Positions 18,353 to 26,599 of a stretch of 32,168 bases of DNA are shown piece after piece; the stretch's first letter is position 1, and each line of letters opens with the position of its first letter. The stretch spans positions 1-32,168 of the IMG/VR virus record IMGVR_UViG_3300020044_001276; one strand, given 5' to 3'. The DNA comes from a virus (taxonomy: Duplodnaviria > Caudoviricetes). Made by a program: the position numbers and the translations under genes. The notes under the pieces are model-generated. The model did no database searches. It worked only from the letters and a program-made list of their open reading frames with translations, and was not told the origin of the DNA.

Positions 18353-19095
18353 ATATCTTCCCTTGTGTACTTCTTCCAAATCTCTTTCGCGTCCATTTCC
18401 CAAATGTGGCCTACCAATTCCTTCAGCTCTTGGTACATATCGGGCTTCTCTGTCTTTAAATTCTCTACCCATGGCGCGTCTTGAAGCGCGGGTCTAAGTT
18501 CCCACCACAATTTGCGTTTCTTGGACGTCAAGAAACTTCCATTAGTAAAAGCCCGCTCCTGTATTTCTTTTTCTATTTCTTTTTCTCGCTCTTCTCTAGC
18601 TTCTTTCCATCTTTTTTGTATGTCACGAAGTTCTTTTTTCTTGTCTTCTGTTGTCTTATAGTAGTCTTCAGGCATCCAAATTTGTCTTAGTATTGCGCTA
18701 CGCTCCGGCCTCTTCATTTTGCGTAATGCTTTGGCTTCAATCTGCCTGATACGCTCCCTAGTTACGCGGAACGCAACCCCAACTTCCTCTAGGGTGTAGT
18801 CGCTGTCCAACCCAATACCAAATCGCATCTGCAACACTTTAGCTTCCCTTGGCGTAAGAGTGTCTAACATTTCTTTAACATGCTCGGCTAACTGCGCCTT
18901 GCATAGCTCTTCATCAGGGTCGATAGTTGGTTCTTCCTCGTATGGTAGGCATGGGAACTCAGGCAACATTGAATCTTCTTTGCACCCATAATAGTAATAA
19001 ACTTTGATAAGTTCTTGGCTTGCACCCGCAAGTGTGCCGTAGGGTATGGTATGCCCCTTGAATACTTTATTCTTCGGGCGGGAATCTTTTTTCAT
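18349..19095 (-). CDS. Protein with a stand-alone RpoD-like sigma70 region 4 domain
   Basis: [41 protein letters not shown]; no region 2; start uncertain (19095 chosen). Confidence 0.85.
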   Translation of the reverse strand: MKKDSRPKNKVFKGHTIPYGTLAGASQELIKVYYYYGCKEDSMLPEFPCLPYEEEPTIDPDEELCKAQLAEHVKEMLDTLTPREAKVLQMRFGIGLDSDYTLEEVGVAFRVTRERIRQIEAKALRKMKRPERSAILRQIWMPEDYYKTTEDKKKELRDIQKRWKEAREEREKEIEKEIQERAFTNGSFLTSKKRKLWWELRPALQDAPWVENLKTEKPDMYQELKELVGHIWEMDAKEIWKKYTREDI

Positions 19096-19207
19096 AGAAC
19101 TCTTTGCGCTCGCTGTAACTCCACCGCTCCCACGAATAGTGCACTTCGGCAAACCGCCTGTGTGTATATTTCCATAATATACGGACGCCATTCTCAGCAT
19201 GCTCCAT
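19067..19207 (-). CDS. Small hypothetical protein, 46 aa
   Basis: MEHAENG... fills the gap and overlaps both neighbours. Confidence 0.45.
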   Translation of the reverse strand: MEHAENGVRILWKYTHRRFAEVHYSWERWSYSERKEFYEKRFPPEE

Positions 19208-21008
19208 AAGTCTTGCCGTGTCCGGCCTCGCAGTTAAGTGGCAACTCAAGCGCCCACTTGGGTCGCACCTTCATACACATCTCAACGTATTCTTGCGCGG
19301 TTTCAACCTCAGCCTTGGGTACGATGCACGCAATCGCGTCATGTACAGTCATCACCACTTTGTATTTCTTAGCAATCAGTAGCATCTGCTCGCCGATCAC
19401 GATACGAGCTAACGCTTGGCACACGTTCTCGATTACCTTGCCGCCGTAGATTCGGTTCGGTATTGTGGCTTTGCCTTTCTTGGTGTCGTACACAAGTTCG
19501 GTCTTGCCCTCTTCCGTGCGTTTACGCAAGTTGGGGTAACGTAGCCACAATCCGTTTGGTAGGAGGATGCCGTCCTTGCCTTCGATCTTTAGCACCTTGT
19601 CCCTGCCCAGTCCCATCGCAGAGCCACGCAGTATTGCATCTAGCGCCGTACCCGCTTCTTTCCACAGTGCAGTAATTTTCGGGTAAGTAGCTCTATACGT
19701 ATCAATGATTCGCTTCGCTTCCTCGCTCGATACTTCAACACCAAAATTTTTAAGTTGCATCTGAAACTTCGCAGACCCCATGCCGTAGCCTGCACCGAGA
19801 ATCGTAGTTTTGCCGACGAATCGTTCGTCCTTGGTGATCTCAGAAATGGGTTTGTTGTAAATTGCCGTCGCCATGATTTTGTATACATCCTCGCCACGAT
19901 CAAATGCCTCCACTAAGTCGTTCTGTTCCGCAAGCCATGCTAGCGTACGGGCTTCAATTTGTGATGAGTCTGAGTCGATCATCATGTACCCTTCAGGCGC
20001 GAAGATAGCGTGCTTCAGGGGTGAGTTGCGTGGAATGTTTTGAAGGTTGAGCTTGTCGTCACCACCCCAACGGCCTGTGTGAGCGGCGTAGTAGCGGAGG
20101 GGAACTGGCATAAGTCCTCGTTTGGCAATGCCAATAAACCTTTCGGTTCGCGTTTCCTCGATGGTCGACTTCGTGCCAAGGCGTGCGGCTACTAAGGCTT
20201 GCACTGCGGGGCTATCGTGTTCAAGTAATGCTTTAAACTCTTCGTCAGTCTTAGAGAATGCGTAAGTCTCTTTACCTGTTGCCGCGCTGATCTTCGTTGG
20301 CGGTGTAGCTCCTGCGGCTTGCAACATAATGGCAAACTTTTGATTGCTCATCATGTCCTCTTTAACATAGTCCCCCAATGCCATGGCCTTTAAATCCTGC
20401 ACTGACTCCAAGTGGTCACCGAGTACTTGTAGGTCCAGCGCCAAAGACGGTTCTGTAAACATGCGTATGGTTAAGTCAATTAGCCGCAGCTCTACTTGTG
20501 GAAACCCTGCGCTCATATTGCCAAACAACTCCCATGTCAGGGCTACGTCGTTCTTGCAGTACTCGCCGTACCTTGCTAACTGCTCAGGCGAGAAGTCGAT
20601 GCGTCTAAGTCCAAGGGCGTTCTCAACTTCCGTACCCTTCTCACCAATGCTGTAGTACTCTGCTAGTACCTTTAGACTGCCACCTACGTTAGTACCATGA
20701 AGGGCTCGACCCATTGACAGCGTGTCCAACCAACCCTTTGGTTTAATGTCGAAGTGCCAGTTTAAGATTGCCCCATCGAATATGGCATTGTGTGCTAGAG
20801 CCAATGAATTGGCCCAGTCGAATCGGCTAAGGTACATGGCGGTTTCAACCATCGTACCGCTGAACCATTCAGGCTTACCATCATCCACCTGCACTGATAC
20901 ACCTACCACATGGAACTGCGGGTCACGGATGTACTCTTCGGTTGTCTGCTTACCAAAGCCTACGTCCCTTGAATAGAACGTCTCGAAGTCAACTGTAATT
21001 ATTTTCAT
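19194..21008 (-). CDS. polA: Family A DNA polymerase with 3'-5' exonuclease domain
   Basis: DFET, AHNAIFD; motif A DSSQIEAR, motif [15 protein letters not shown], motif C VHDA. Confidence 0.95.
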   Translation of the reverse strand: MKIITVDFETFYSRDVGFGKQTTEEYIRDPQFHVVGVSVQVDDGKPEWFSGTMVETAMYLSRFDWANSLALAHNAIFDGAILNWHFDIKPKGWLDTLSMGRALHGTNVGGSLKVLAEYYSIGEKGTEVENALGLRRIDFSPEQLARYGEYCKNDVALTWELFGNMSAGFPQVELRLIDLTIRMFTEPSLALDLQVLGDHLESVQDLKAMALGDYVKEDMMSNQKFAIMLQAAGATPPTKISAATGKETYAFSKTDEEFKALLEHDSPAVQALVAARLGTKSTIEETRTERFIGIAKRGLMPVPLRYYAAHTGRWGGDDKLNLQNIPRNSPLKHAIFAPEGYMMIDSDSSQIEARTLAWLAEQNDLVEAFDRGEDVYKIMATAIYNKPISEITKDERFVGKTTILGAGYGMGSAKFQMQLKNFGVEVSSEEAKRIIDTYRATYPKITALWKEAGTALDAILRGSAMGLGRDKVLKIEGKDGILLPNGLWLRYPNLRKRTEEGKTELVYDTKKGKATIPNRIYGGKVIENVCQALARIVIGEQMLLIAKKYKVVMTVHDAIACIVPKAEVETAQEYVEMCMKVRPKWALELPLNCEAGHGKTYGAC

Positions 21009-21307
21009 TTTAAATTCTTTGCCATTTTGATGTGTATCTCAATATCGGCTAGGTTGGTCTCGTTGATGACCAAAGCCACACCGCCTGATTCGGTAATTTG
21101 TTTTAGGTTTTTATCTTGCAAGGCTGTCGTAGTGCCTTTGCCTGCCTTGGCTTCTATCGCTACAAAGTAGCCGTTCATACAGCAGAGAAAATCGGGGACG
21201 CCACTGCTTCCGTAGCCAGTACCAATCGGCATGGCGTAGTAAATGTTGTGGGCTTTAAGGATTGCCTTGATCTTTGCCTTGACCTTGGCTTCAGGTGTTT
21301 GTGCCAT
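21005..21307 (-). CDS. VRR-NUC / Holliday-junction-resolvase-like nuclease
   Basis: TPEAKVK, GVPDF, AIEAKAG..T.LQ; start MAQTPE at 21307. Confidence 0.85.
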   Translation of the reverse strand: MAQTPEAKVKAKIKAILKAHNIYYAMPIGTGYGSSGVPDFLCCMNGYFVAIEAKAGKGTTTALQDKNLKQITESGGVALVINETNLADIEIHIKMAKNLK

Positions 21308-21663
21308 TACTTTTTCCACCCAATGAACGTAGTGCCCTTGTGTTGGAACATAGCGAGTGTTGGTTTGTTTTCGCAAGTCTCGCAAGAGAACTCAACGAGC
21401 AAAGCGCCTCGGCCTTGTGAGCTTGGGTCGTTCGTGGCTTCGGGGTCTACGCAGGCGGTAGTAATAGTACTGCCCATTATGTGCGTGACGCGAGTACGAG
21501 GTTCTGATTTATACGCGCCTGTTTTTACGTCCCATGTATGGGCATTGTTATCGGGGTTGAAGATCGAATAATCTTCTTGGTGCAAATTGTTGCCGCCACA
21601 CTAGGGGCACTCGTCCAACGCATCTTCGTCTAACTTCAAAGGCTCTAAAAAAGTATTCATCAT
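21307..21663 (-). pseudogene. Zn-ribbon protein gene interrupted by an in-frame TAG (CP*CG ... CETC)
   Basis: SD GGAG and ATG at 21663 are in frame with ORF 21307-21585; single TAG at 21603-21601. Confidence 0.6.
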
Positions 21664-21688
21664 TAACTCCAGTTGTGTTTATGGAGTC

Positions 21689-21716
21689 AATATAACACGC
21701 TGTTTGACTTTGTCAA
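21689..21716 (-). promoter_or_regulatory. sigma70-type promoter TTGACA-16-TATATT with extended -10 and palindromic -35
   Basis: - strand TTGACAAAGTCAAACAGCGTGTTATATT, just downstream of a terminator. Confidence 0.7.
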
Positions 21717-21728
21717 TAGTACAGACGT

Positions 21729-21751
21729 AAAAAAACCGCCCGAAGGCGGTT
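21729..21751 (-). terminator. Rho-independent terminator with cUUCGg tetraloop ending the early region
   Basis: AACCGCC-TTCG-GGCGGTT followed by TTTTT. Confidence 0.9.
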
Positions 21752-21761
21752 GGGATATACC

Positions 21762-21774
21762 CTAACATTGTTAG
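21762..21774. repeat. Palindrome CTAACAWTGTTAG copy 1 (intergenic, between stop codon and terminator)
   Basis: cctaacattgttagg. Confidence 0.95.
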
Positions 21775-21780
21775 GTCGTT

Positions 21781-22296
21781 TTACTTCAGCGCATTGATCT
21801 CGCGTGTCAGATACCACTGTGCTTTGCGCAAGTCTTCGAGCTTGTTGCCCTTGTGGTCGGCGCGGGTCAAGTACTTCACCACGTTGCCGATGTTGTAGTT
21901 GAGCTTCTTCGCTTCGATGAAGTCGATGGTCTCGATTCCACCTACCTTGTAATGGGCAGGGTGATTCACTGGGTCGGCTTTTGGCTCGAACATCTCGATC
22001 TGAACGGGCGTGTCTAAGAATGGGTGTACATCACGGCTACCATCTGCGGCTTGCATCAGGCGTTTGTTTTTGTACTCATCCACCAATCGCTTCAGGTTAG
22101 CTGATGCTTGCGTAACCTTACGTGGTCGGCCTAACTTCTTGGCTTTCTTCTTCGCGTTCCACATAACTGTGTATACGTACTGAAGCCCAACACCGATAGC
22201 CTCGGCTATCTCCTTTGGTTTAGCCTTGGGGTTCTTGGCTACATACGCACGTACCTGTTGTGCTTTGGTCACTTTTTTGGTTGCTAATTCGATCAT
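21781..22296 (-). CDS. N-terminal HTH-like and C-terminal DUF3310-like protein
   Basis: PKEIAEAIGVGLQYVY; DPVNHPAHY..GGIETIDFI...GNVVKY..RA..K...EDLRKAQWYL. Confidence 0.85.
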   Translation of the reverse strand: MIELATKKVTKAQQVRAYVAKNPKAKPKEIAEAIGVGLQYVYTVMWNAKKKAKKLGRPRKVTQASANLKRLVDEYKNKRLMQAADGSRDVHPFLDTPVQIEMFEPKADPVNHPAHYKVGGIETIDFIEAKKLNYNIGNVVKYLTRADHKGNKLEDLRKAQWYLTREINALK

Positions 22297-22499
22297 GGTT
22301 TCACTCCTAATTGGTTATTAACGTACTCGGTAAGAACTTCTCTCATCTTGGCTTGCTTTGACATTGGATGGTTGGTGTCGAAATAATCCATCACCTCCTT
22401 CGGTAGTCGCAAGCTCGTGCAGGCTAAAGCGGGTTTCTTACCAAGCCCCCGCCCCTTGCGTTTCTTCTCTAACTTCAAATACTCAATTCCTGTGGTCAA
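22293..22499 (-). CDS. Ribbon-helix-helix protein, BrnA-antitoxin-like
   Basis: RGLGKKPA..TSLRLPKEVMDYF...QAKMREVL; TTG start. Confidence 0.55.
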   Translation of the reverse strand: MTTGIEYLKLEKKRKGRGLGKKPALACTSLRLPKEVMDYFDTNHPMSKQAKMREVLTEYVNNQLGVKP

Positions 22500-22663
22500 A
22501 ATGGTGCCTCTTCATAATCTGATTGTGGTTTCTTTGGTTTGGGGAATCGCTTTGGGTCGAGTCGTGTGAACGGCCACCACGCCATTAGCTCCTCCTGAGT
22601 CAGCACCTTGTTTGACAAGGGCTTCGTAGTATCCTGTTGGGTACTTTGCTTTTTGTTTGACAT
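22496..22663 (-). CDS. Small hypothetical protein (WWPF...EEAPF)
   Basis: ATG at 22663; stop overlaps the next start; overlaps the 86-aa ORF in another frame. Confidence 0.5.
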   Translation of the reverse strand: MSNKKQSTQQDTTKPLSNKVLTQEELMAWWPFTRLDPKRFPKPKKPQSDYEEAPF

Positions 22664-22772
22664 AGTTTCTAAGCCAGTCGGCTCCACCTAATTCTTTAAA
22701 CTGCGCCCACTCCACATCACTTAAACGTACGAATCGTCCCTTTAGGGGGGCGGGGGGCTTTGGTCTTGGCAT
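22512..22772 (-). CDS. Small putative RHH-type DNA-binding protein
   Basis: MPRPKPP...VRLSDVEW..FKELGGADWLR; SD AAGGAG. Confidence 0.6.
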   Translation of the reverse strand: MPRPKPPAPLKGRFVRLSDVEWAQFKELGGADWLRNYVKQKAKYPTGYYEALVKQGADSGGANGVVAVHTTRPKAIPQTKETTIRL

Positions 22773-22968
22773 GCTCTAGTACTCCTTCATGCTTATTCGG
22801 TTGTCTTTCTTTGGCTCGTGTGAACGTACCAAATTGTTTGTAGCCTAAGCCTTCTTCGCTCTTGATCGTGCCAGTGCTTTGTTTGGCGCGAAAGTATGCG
22901 TCTTTTAAGAAAATGCTAGGTCGGTCAACTTGCGCTAGCTCTTCCCATGCGTTAAGTGTTTTGTTCAT
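22717..22968 (-). CDS. Hypothetical protein
   Basis: ATGA overlap with the upstream gene (start MNKTLN). Confidence 0.6.
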   Translation of the reverse strand: MNKTLNAWEELAQVDRPSIFLKDAYFRAKQSTGTIKSEEGLGYKQFGTFTRAKERQPNKHEGVLEHAKTKAPRPPKGTIRTFK

Positions 22969-23174
22969 TTCTTCATACCTCTTACAAACGCGGCAAAACT
23001 CCAAGAGGTATCGCCAAACGCTGTCATCTTCTCAAACTCTTTCGCCACTTCTTCCAATACAGTATTACGCTGTGATGGTGAAACATAGACGTCGTAGTGG
23101 TACGGCTGACCCTTCTTCATCTCAGCTTCATGGGCAATGCGCTCGAACTCATCGTCTTCGTCTGTGTGTATCAT
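22965..23174 (-). CDS. Hypothetical protein
   Basis: SD AAGGAG, ATGA coupling. Confidence 0.75.
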   Translation of the reverse strand: MIHTDEDDEFERIAHEAEMKKGQPYHYDVYVSPSQRNTVLEEVAKEFEKMTAFGDTSWSFAAFVRGMKK

Positions 23175-23392
23175 GTGTTCTTCTCCTTGAGTGGGTCAGT
23201 CGTAAACTTGTTGTCGCCTGTAGCAACCCAGTAGCCTTCACGATAACCCTCGTAGTGAGCCAGCCATCTGCCGTTTAATGATTGCTCGCTCATGTGGTCA
23301 ACCTCACCGCGCTTCATGCCCTCAATGTAAGCATTCTTTCGGTTGGTCGCATACCTTGAGGCATCTGTGTGTAGTAGTTCTTCGGGTGTCAT
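23171..23392 (-). CDS. Hypothetical protein
   Basis: SD AAGGAG, ATGA coupling. Confidence 0.75.
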   Translation of the reverse strand: MTPEELLHTDASRYATNRKNAYIEGMKRGEVDHMSEQSLNGRWLAHYEGYREGYWVATGDNKFTTDPLKEKNT

Positions 23393-23406
23393 GTGTTCTT
23401 CTCCTT
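23171..23406 (-). repeat. 18-bp direct repeat AAGGAGAAGAACACATGA at 23171-23188 and 23389-23406
   Basis: Identical SD + KEKNT* + ATGA junctions flank the 73-aa gene. Confidence 0.9.
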
Positions 23407-23613
23407 AAGTTTGGCTTCAATAGCTTTGACTAAATCTTTCAGGTTTCCACCTTCCTCCCAATCAATTTCATCCTCATCAGTCAGCCCTACCCACTCACGC
23501 TTGGGTTCGTAGTGATACGGCTGTCCCATGTCACGCAGTATCTGCTTGCCAAGGTTGCTGTGTTTCTCGACGTTGTTAAAGGCTTCGTCTTCTTCCTGTG
23601 TCCAGTTGGTCAT
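23389..23613 (-). CDS. Hypothetical protein (WVGLTDED...AIEAKLKEKNT)
   Basis: SD GGAGG, ATGA coupling. Confidence 0.75.
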   Translation of the reverse strand: MTNWTQEEDEAFNNVEKHSNLGKQILRDMGQPYHYEPKREWVGLTDEDEIDWEEGGNLKDLVKAIEAKLKEKNT

Positions 23614-23792
23614 GTTTCCTCCAATACTTCAAAGATTACTTTTCTGATCTTGGTGTATGCGTCTGCTTTGGTAAGCGGAGACGACAGTATCTCGTCGATC
23701 TCGCACAGTGCATCGTAGTATTCGCTACCTTTCATCGCGTGTTGTAACTTGTACTCATCGTCAGGGTAATAGAACTCAAGAACGGCTTTCAT
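23610..23792 (-). CDS. Hypothetical protein (MKAVLEF...)
   Basis: Internal ATG of the track ORF, overlapping the upstream 55-aa ORF. Confidence 0.65.
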   Translation of the reverse strand: MKAVLEFYYPDDEYKLQHAMKGSEYYDALCEIDEILSSPLTKADAYTKIRKVIFEVLEET

Positions 23793-23943
23793 AAGCGGTG
23801 CCTTTCGTGAGGCGGAGGAGCAGTCTTGCTTTCCTCCAAGTTCTTCTGACGTCGGTTGATGCGGCGTCGACCCATTTAAATTTGGGATGGTTGCAATCCC
23901 GTAGCGGGATGACTTTTGATTGATATTTGATTTCATGTTTCAT
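23776..23943 (-). CDS. Hypothetical protein, 55 aa (not in ORF track)
   Basis: MKHEIKYQ...AASTDVRRTW...; SD AGGAG overlaps palindrome copy 2. Confidence 0.65.
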   Translation of the reverse strand: MKHEIKYQSKVIPLRDCNHPKFKWVDAASTDVRRTWRKARLLLRLTKGTAYESRS

Positions 23944-23953
23944 TCCAATTCTC

Positions 23954-23966
23954 CTAACATTGTTAG
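23954..23966. repeat. Palindrome copy 2 (overlaps SD)
   Basis: ctaacattgttag. Confidence 0.95.
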
Positions 23967-23973
23967 CCTGTTT

Positions 23974-24858
23974 TTATGCTAGTTCCCGCTCTGCGGTAAG
24001 TACAACAAACACCTCGGTAGTGGCTCGGCAACCCACACCCTCGATCATCTGCTCAGGCTCTACTAACTTCAACATACCTAACTTACCTCTAAACTCAACG
24101 GGGAGCGTATTATCATCGTAAATTTGTATATCGTCACCTGTTTTAACTAAGTACTTTCCATTAGCTACTAAGATTAAGCTAGTGCCAGCGCCTCTGAACT
24201 TACCTTCTATGTCAGTAACAGTTAGCATCTCAGCTTCTGTCTCGCGTAACTTACTCAGCCTGTGCCCCTGCCCATTAGTAATTGCGTACTTCTGAAACAA
24301 ATCCCACATATCTTTAAATACAAACGCCTTCATAAGTGGTGCAAGCTCTGAGAAAGCGGATTGATAATCCCCACGCTTGCGACTACTCTGTCTACCAATG
24401 GCACGAGTGGCTTCTGCGAACGCATCGTTCATACGCTCGGTTACGCTCTTTGGGTTGAATGTTTTCTTGATAGCGGCTAGGGCTTTCTTAGCATCCTTAG
24501 TGCGATACGCGCCTACACGCTCACGCTCATTTCTGATCGTGTTGCTAGCGATAGAAAAGATATAGCCCCCTGCATCGTAGCGGTAGTCCCTGTCGATAAC
24601 ACCGACCTCTTCCCCATCCTTGAATACCTTGAACTTACTAACTGTAAGTCGTGGGCGGTCATCATTATCTCCACTCTTGATCTGTCCGTAGTACTGCTCA
24701 ACTCGGAACTCCCATGTTGGGTTCTCGGTGATGACCTTCCACATGATCTCATTCAATGGTTTCTCAACATTGAACTCGAAGTCACTCTTACGCCTACCAT
24801 TCAACAGCTTATCGCTGATGGTGACGTTACTCAATGTCATTGCTGTGTTTGCATCCAT
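23974..24858 (-). CDS. Hypothetical protein, 294 aa
   Basis: SD AAGGAG; long ORF. Confidence 0.8.
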   Translation of the reverse strand: MDANTAMTLSNVTISDKLLNGRRKSDFEFNVEKPLNEIMWKVITENPTWEFRVEQYYGQIKSGDNDDRPRLTVSKFKVFKDGEEVGVIDRDYRYDAGGYIFSIASNTIRNERERVGAYRTKDAKKALAAIKKTFNPKSVTERMNDAFAEATRAIGRQSSRKRGDYQSAFSELAPLMKAFVFKDMWDLFQKYAITNGQGHRLSKLRETEAEMLTVTDIEGKFRGAGTSLILVANGKYLVKTGDDIQIYDDNTLPVEFRGKLGMLKLVEPEQMIEGVGCRATTEVFVVLTAERELA

Positions 24859-24868
24859 GATTATCTCC

Positions 24869-25294
24869 TTAAAAATCTTCTGTAATATCCACTAAGCCCT
24901 CGGGCTCATGCTCTCCGTTGTTTCGCTCAAAGCTACCGCCGTAGTACCCATTACTAGAGTTGCGGAACTCGATCAGACATGTGCCTTTCTCGGTGTGCAC
25001 TTTGTGAAACAAAACCTCATCGGAGTCCTGTCTCGTTGGCTCAGGCTCAACACCTAGCATGCTGTGAAAGTCAAACTCCTCAACCTGTGTGACAGTTCCA
25101 CCTATCAAGTTATGTATATCGTTCACATGGTTAACCCATGACTCACTGCAACAGTCGCCATAGCAGTAGTAGTCAATATTGCCCGTGGTCGTAACGAATC
25201 GCACATCGCTCTTGTCCGGCGTCATCTGCACGCTCAGTATCTTTCTACCAACCAAGTCGGCTAGCTCTAATTCATCTGTGTATATGTTGGCCAT
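24869..25294 (-). CDS. Hypothetical phage protein (GDCCSESW, NSSNGYYGG)
   Basis: SD AAGGA; conserved-looking motifs. Confidence 0.75.
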   Translation of the reverse strand: MANIYTDELELADLVGRKILSVQMTPDKSDVRFVTTTGNIDYYCYGDCCSESWVNHVNDIHNLIGGTVTQVEEFDFHSMLGVEPEPTRQDSDEVLFHKVHTEKGTCLIEFRNSSNGYYGGSFERNNGEHEPEGLVDITEDF

Positions 25295-25303
25295 TGTGTG
25301 TCC

Positions 25304-26152
25304 TTACCATTCAAACTTCTTAATGATTGCATCGACCTTGGCCTTGACCTCGGTGCGATGATGCTCGTCTTCCTTGATTGCATCTATGTTAGTACCTAAC
25401 ATTGTTAGCTCTAATTCCCTGCGTGCCTCTTCCAACTTGGGGTCGTTGGTGATGTTCATCTTGGTCAGCAGTGAGCAAAGCTCTAGCGGGTTGCTCACCA
25501 ATGTGTCGTGGTAACGCTTCTTACCGCCTACTGTGTCGTCCAGTTTCTTGGACATGCCTACTAACATTTCATGCAAGCGCTCCCATGGCTCACGCATAGC
25601 GTCAGCTAACTTGTTGTCCTGCTGTGCGTTGAACTCAGCTCGCATCTCCTCTAAGTCATTCGCGGGTATGTCTAAGCGAAAGTCGCCCGCCTCTGGCACC
25701 GGCTTGACTGTGCGACGGAATCCAAACTTCAGCTTCACCGCTTCAAGCTCGGGGTAGTCCTCTGCCTTGTACATCTTGCCTAGGTGCGTAGGTGCATCCT
25801 GTACTAATGACGGATACGCCTGAAAGAATGAGTCACACATTGTGTTGAACGTCTGCTCGTATGCGTTCATGGTCTGCTTGTATTCCATAAACAATGCAGT
25901 CGGCAACATACGCTCACCCTTGTCTGCCCATGGTAAGGTGCGTTGGTTGTGATACAGCCGAACTTTAGCCGCGAAGTTCTCGATCTCTTTGCGCAAGCTA
26001 GTGCCTGCGAATAAGTTCTTGTGGACACGCGCTGCGTCAACGACTGCTGATGCGTCAGTATTCACTTGCGCTGTTGTGTCTCGGTCTAGCTTTGATGCAG
26101 GCCAAACGCTGATGTTCAATTCCACTAACACTGCTGATGCACTAATACTCAT
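25304..26152 (-). CDS. DUF3150-like protein
   Basis: Start MSISAS after AGGAG; TLPW...R.LP and YP..E...KF patterns; sits beside VWA and AAA genes. Confidence 0.6.
   Translation of the reverse strand: MSISASAVLVELNISVWPASKLDRDTTAQVNTDASAVVDAARVHKNLFAGTSLRKEIENFAAKVRLYHNQRTLPWADKGERMLPTALFMEYKQTMNAYEQTFNTMCDSFFQAYPSLVQDAPTHLGKMYKAEDYPELEAVKLKFGFRRTVKPVPEAGDFRLDIPANDLEEMRAEFNAQQDNKLADAMREPWERLHEMLVGMSKKLDDTVGGKKRYHDTLVSNPLELCSLLTKMNITNDPKLEEARRELELTMLGTNIDAIKEDEHHRTEVKAKVDAIIKKFEW
25396..25408. repeat. Palindrome copy 3 (inside CDS, encodes LTML)
   Basis: ctaacattgttag. Confidence 0.95.
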
Positions 26153-26165
26153 TTCGTTCTCCTGT

Positions 26166-26336
26166 TTAACTAAAAATTTGTTCGACCGATTCAACAAACC
26201 AATGCGAATCGTCCATGTTCACTACATCTGATTCAATACGCTTCCAAGCTAATGCCTCGGCTTCGTCTTCGTTCTCGGCTTCCACAGTCACAATGACATA
26301 GGTTGTCCGTTGTAGTTCCACCTCGTATGTTTTCAT
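26166..26336 (-). CDS. Small acidic protein, 56 aa, DpnD/PcfM-like (not in track)
   Basis: MKTYEVELQRTTYVIVTVEAENEDEAEALA; SD AGGAG. Confidence 0.65.
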   Translation of the reverse strand: MKTYEVELQRTTYVIVTVEAENEDEAEALAWKRIESDVVNMDDSHWFVESVEQIFS

Positions 26337-26337
26337 T

Positions 26338-26589
26338 TCATTTCTCCTGTGGTTTACCGGCTAATCTAGCCATTTGATATTTACTGTCACTCATAATCTG
26401 CATAGTGAAGTTGGTGTCATTCGGGTACACATGGTAGGTATAAGTCTCATCCATGCCGAACTGCCTGCGCTTCTCGTCATTCCAGTACTTCTCTTCGTAC
26501 ACCTCTGCACCTTCCAAGCAATCTATTAGCACCATTGCTTTGTCACGAGGCAACACAAACTTTTTGTATCCCATTTCAATTACTACCAT
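26338..26589 (-). CDS. Hypothetical protein
   Basis: SD AAGGAGG before MVVIEMG. Confidence 0.75.
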   Translation of the reverse strand: MVVIEMGYKKFVLPRDKAMVLIDCLEGAEVYEEKYWNDEKRRQFGMDETYTYHVYPNDTNFTMQIMSDSKYQMARLAGKPQEK

Positions 26590-26599
26590 TTCGACCTCC

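Noticed and set aside
17687-21663. Genome-wide TAG reassignment
   Set aside because: Only one interrupted gene was seen; long genes are intact under the standard code and TAG ends the exonuclease at its expected C-terminus.
22745-22757. G-runs as a G-quadruplex or phase-variable tract
   Set aside because: Explained by Pro codons (PPAP) on the coding strand; only two runs.
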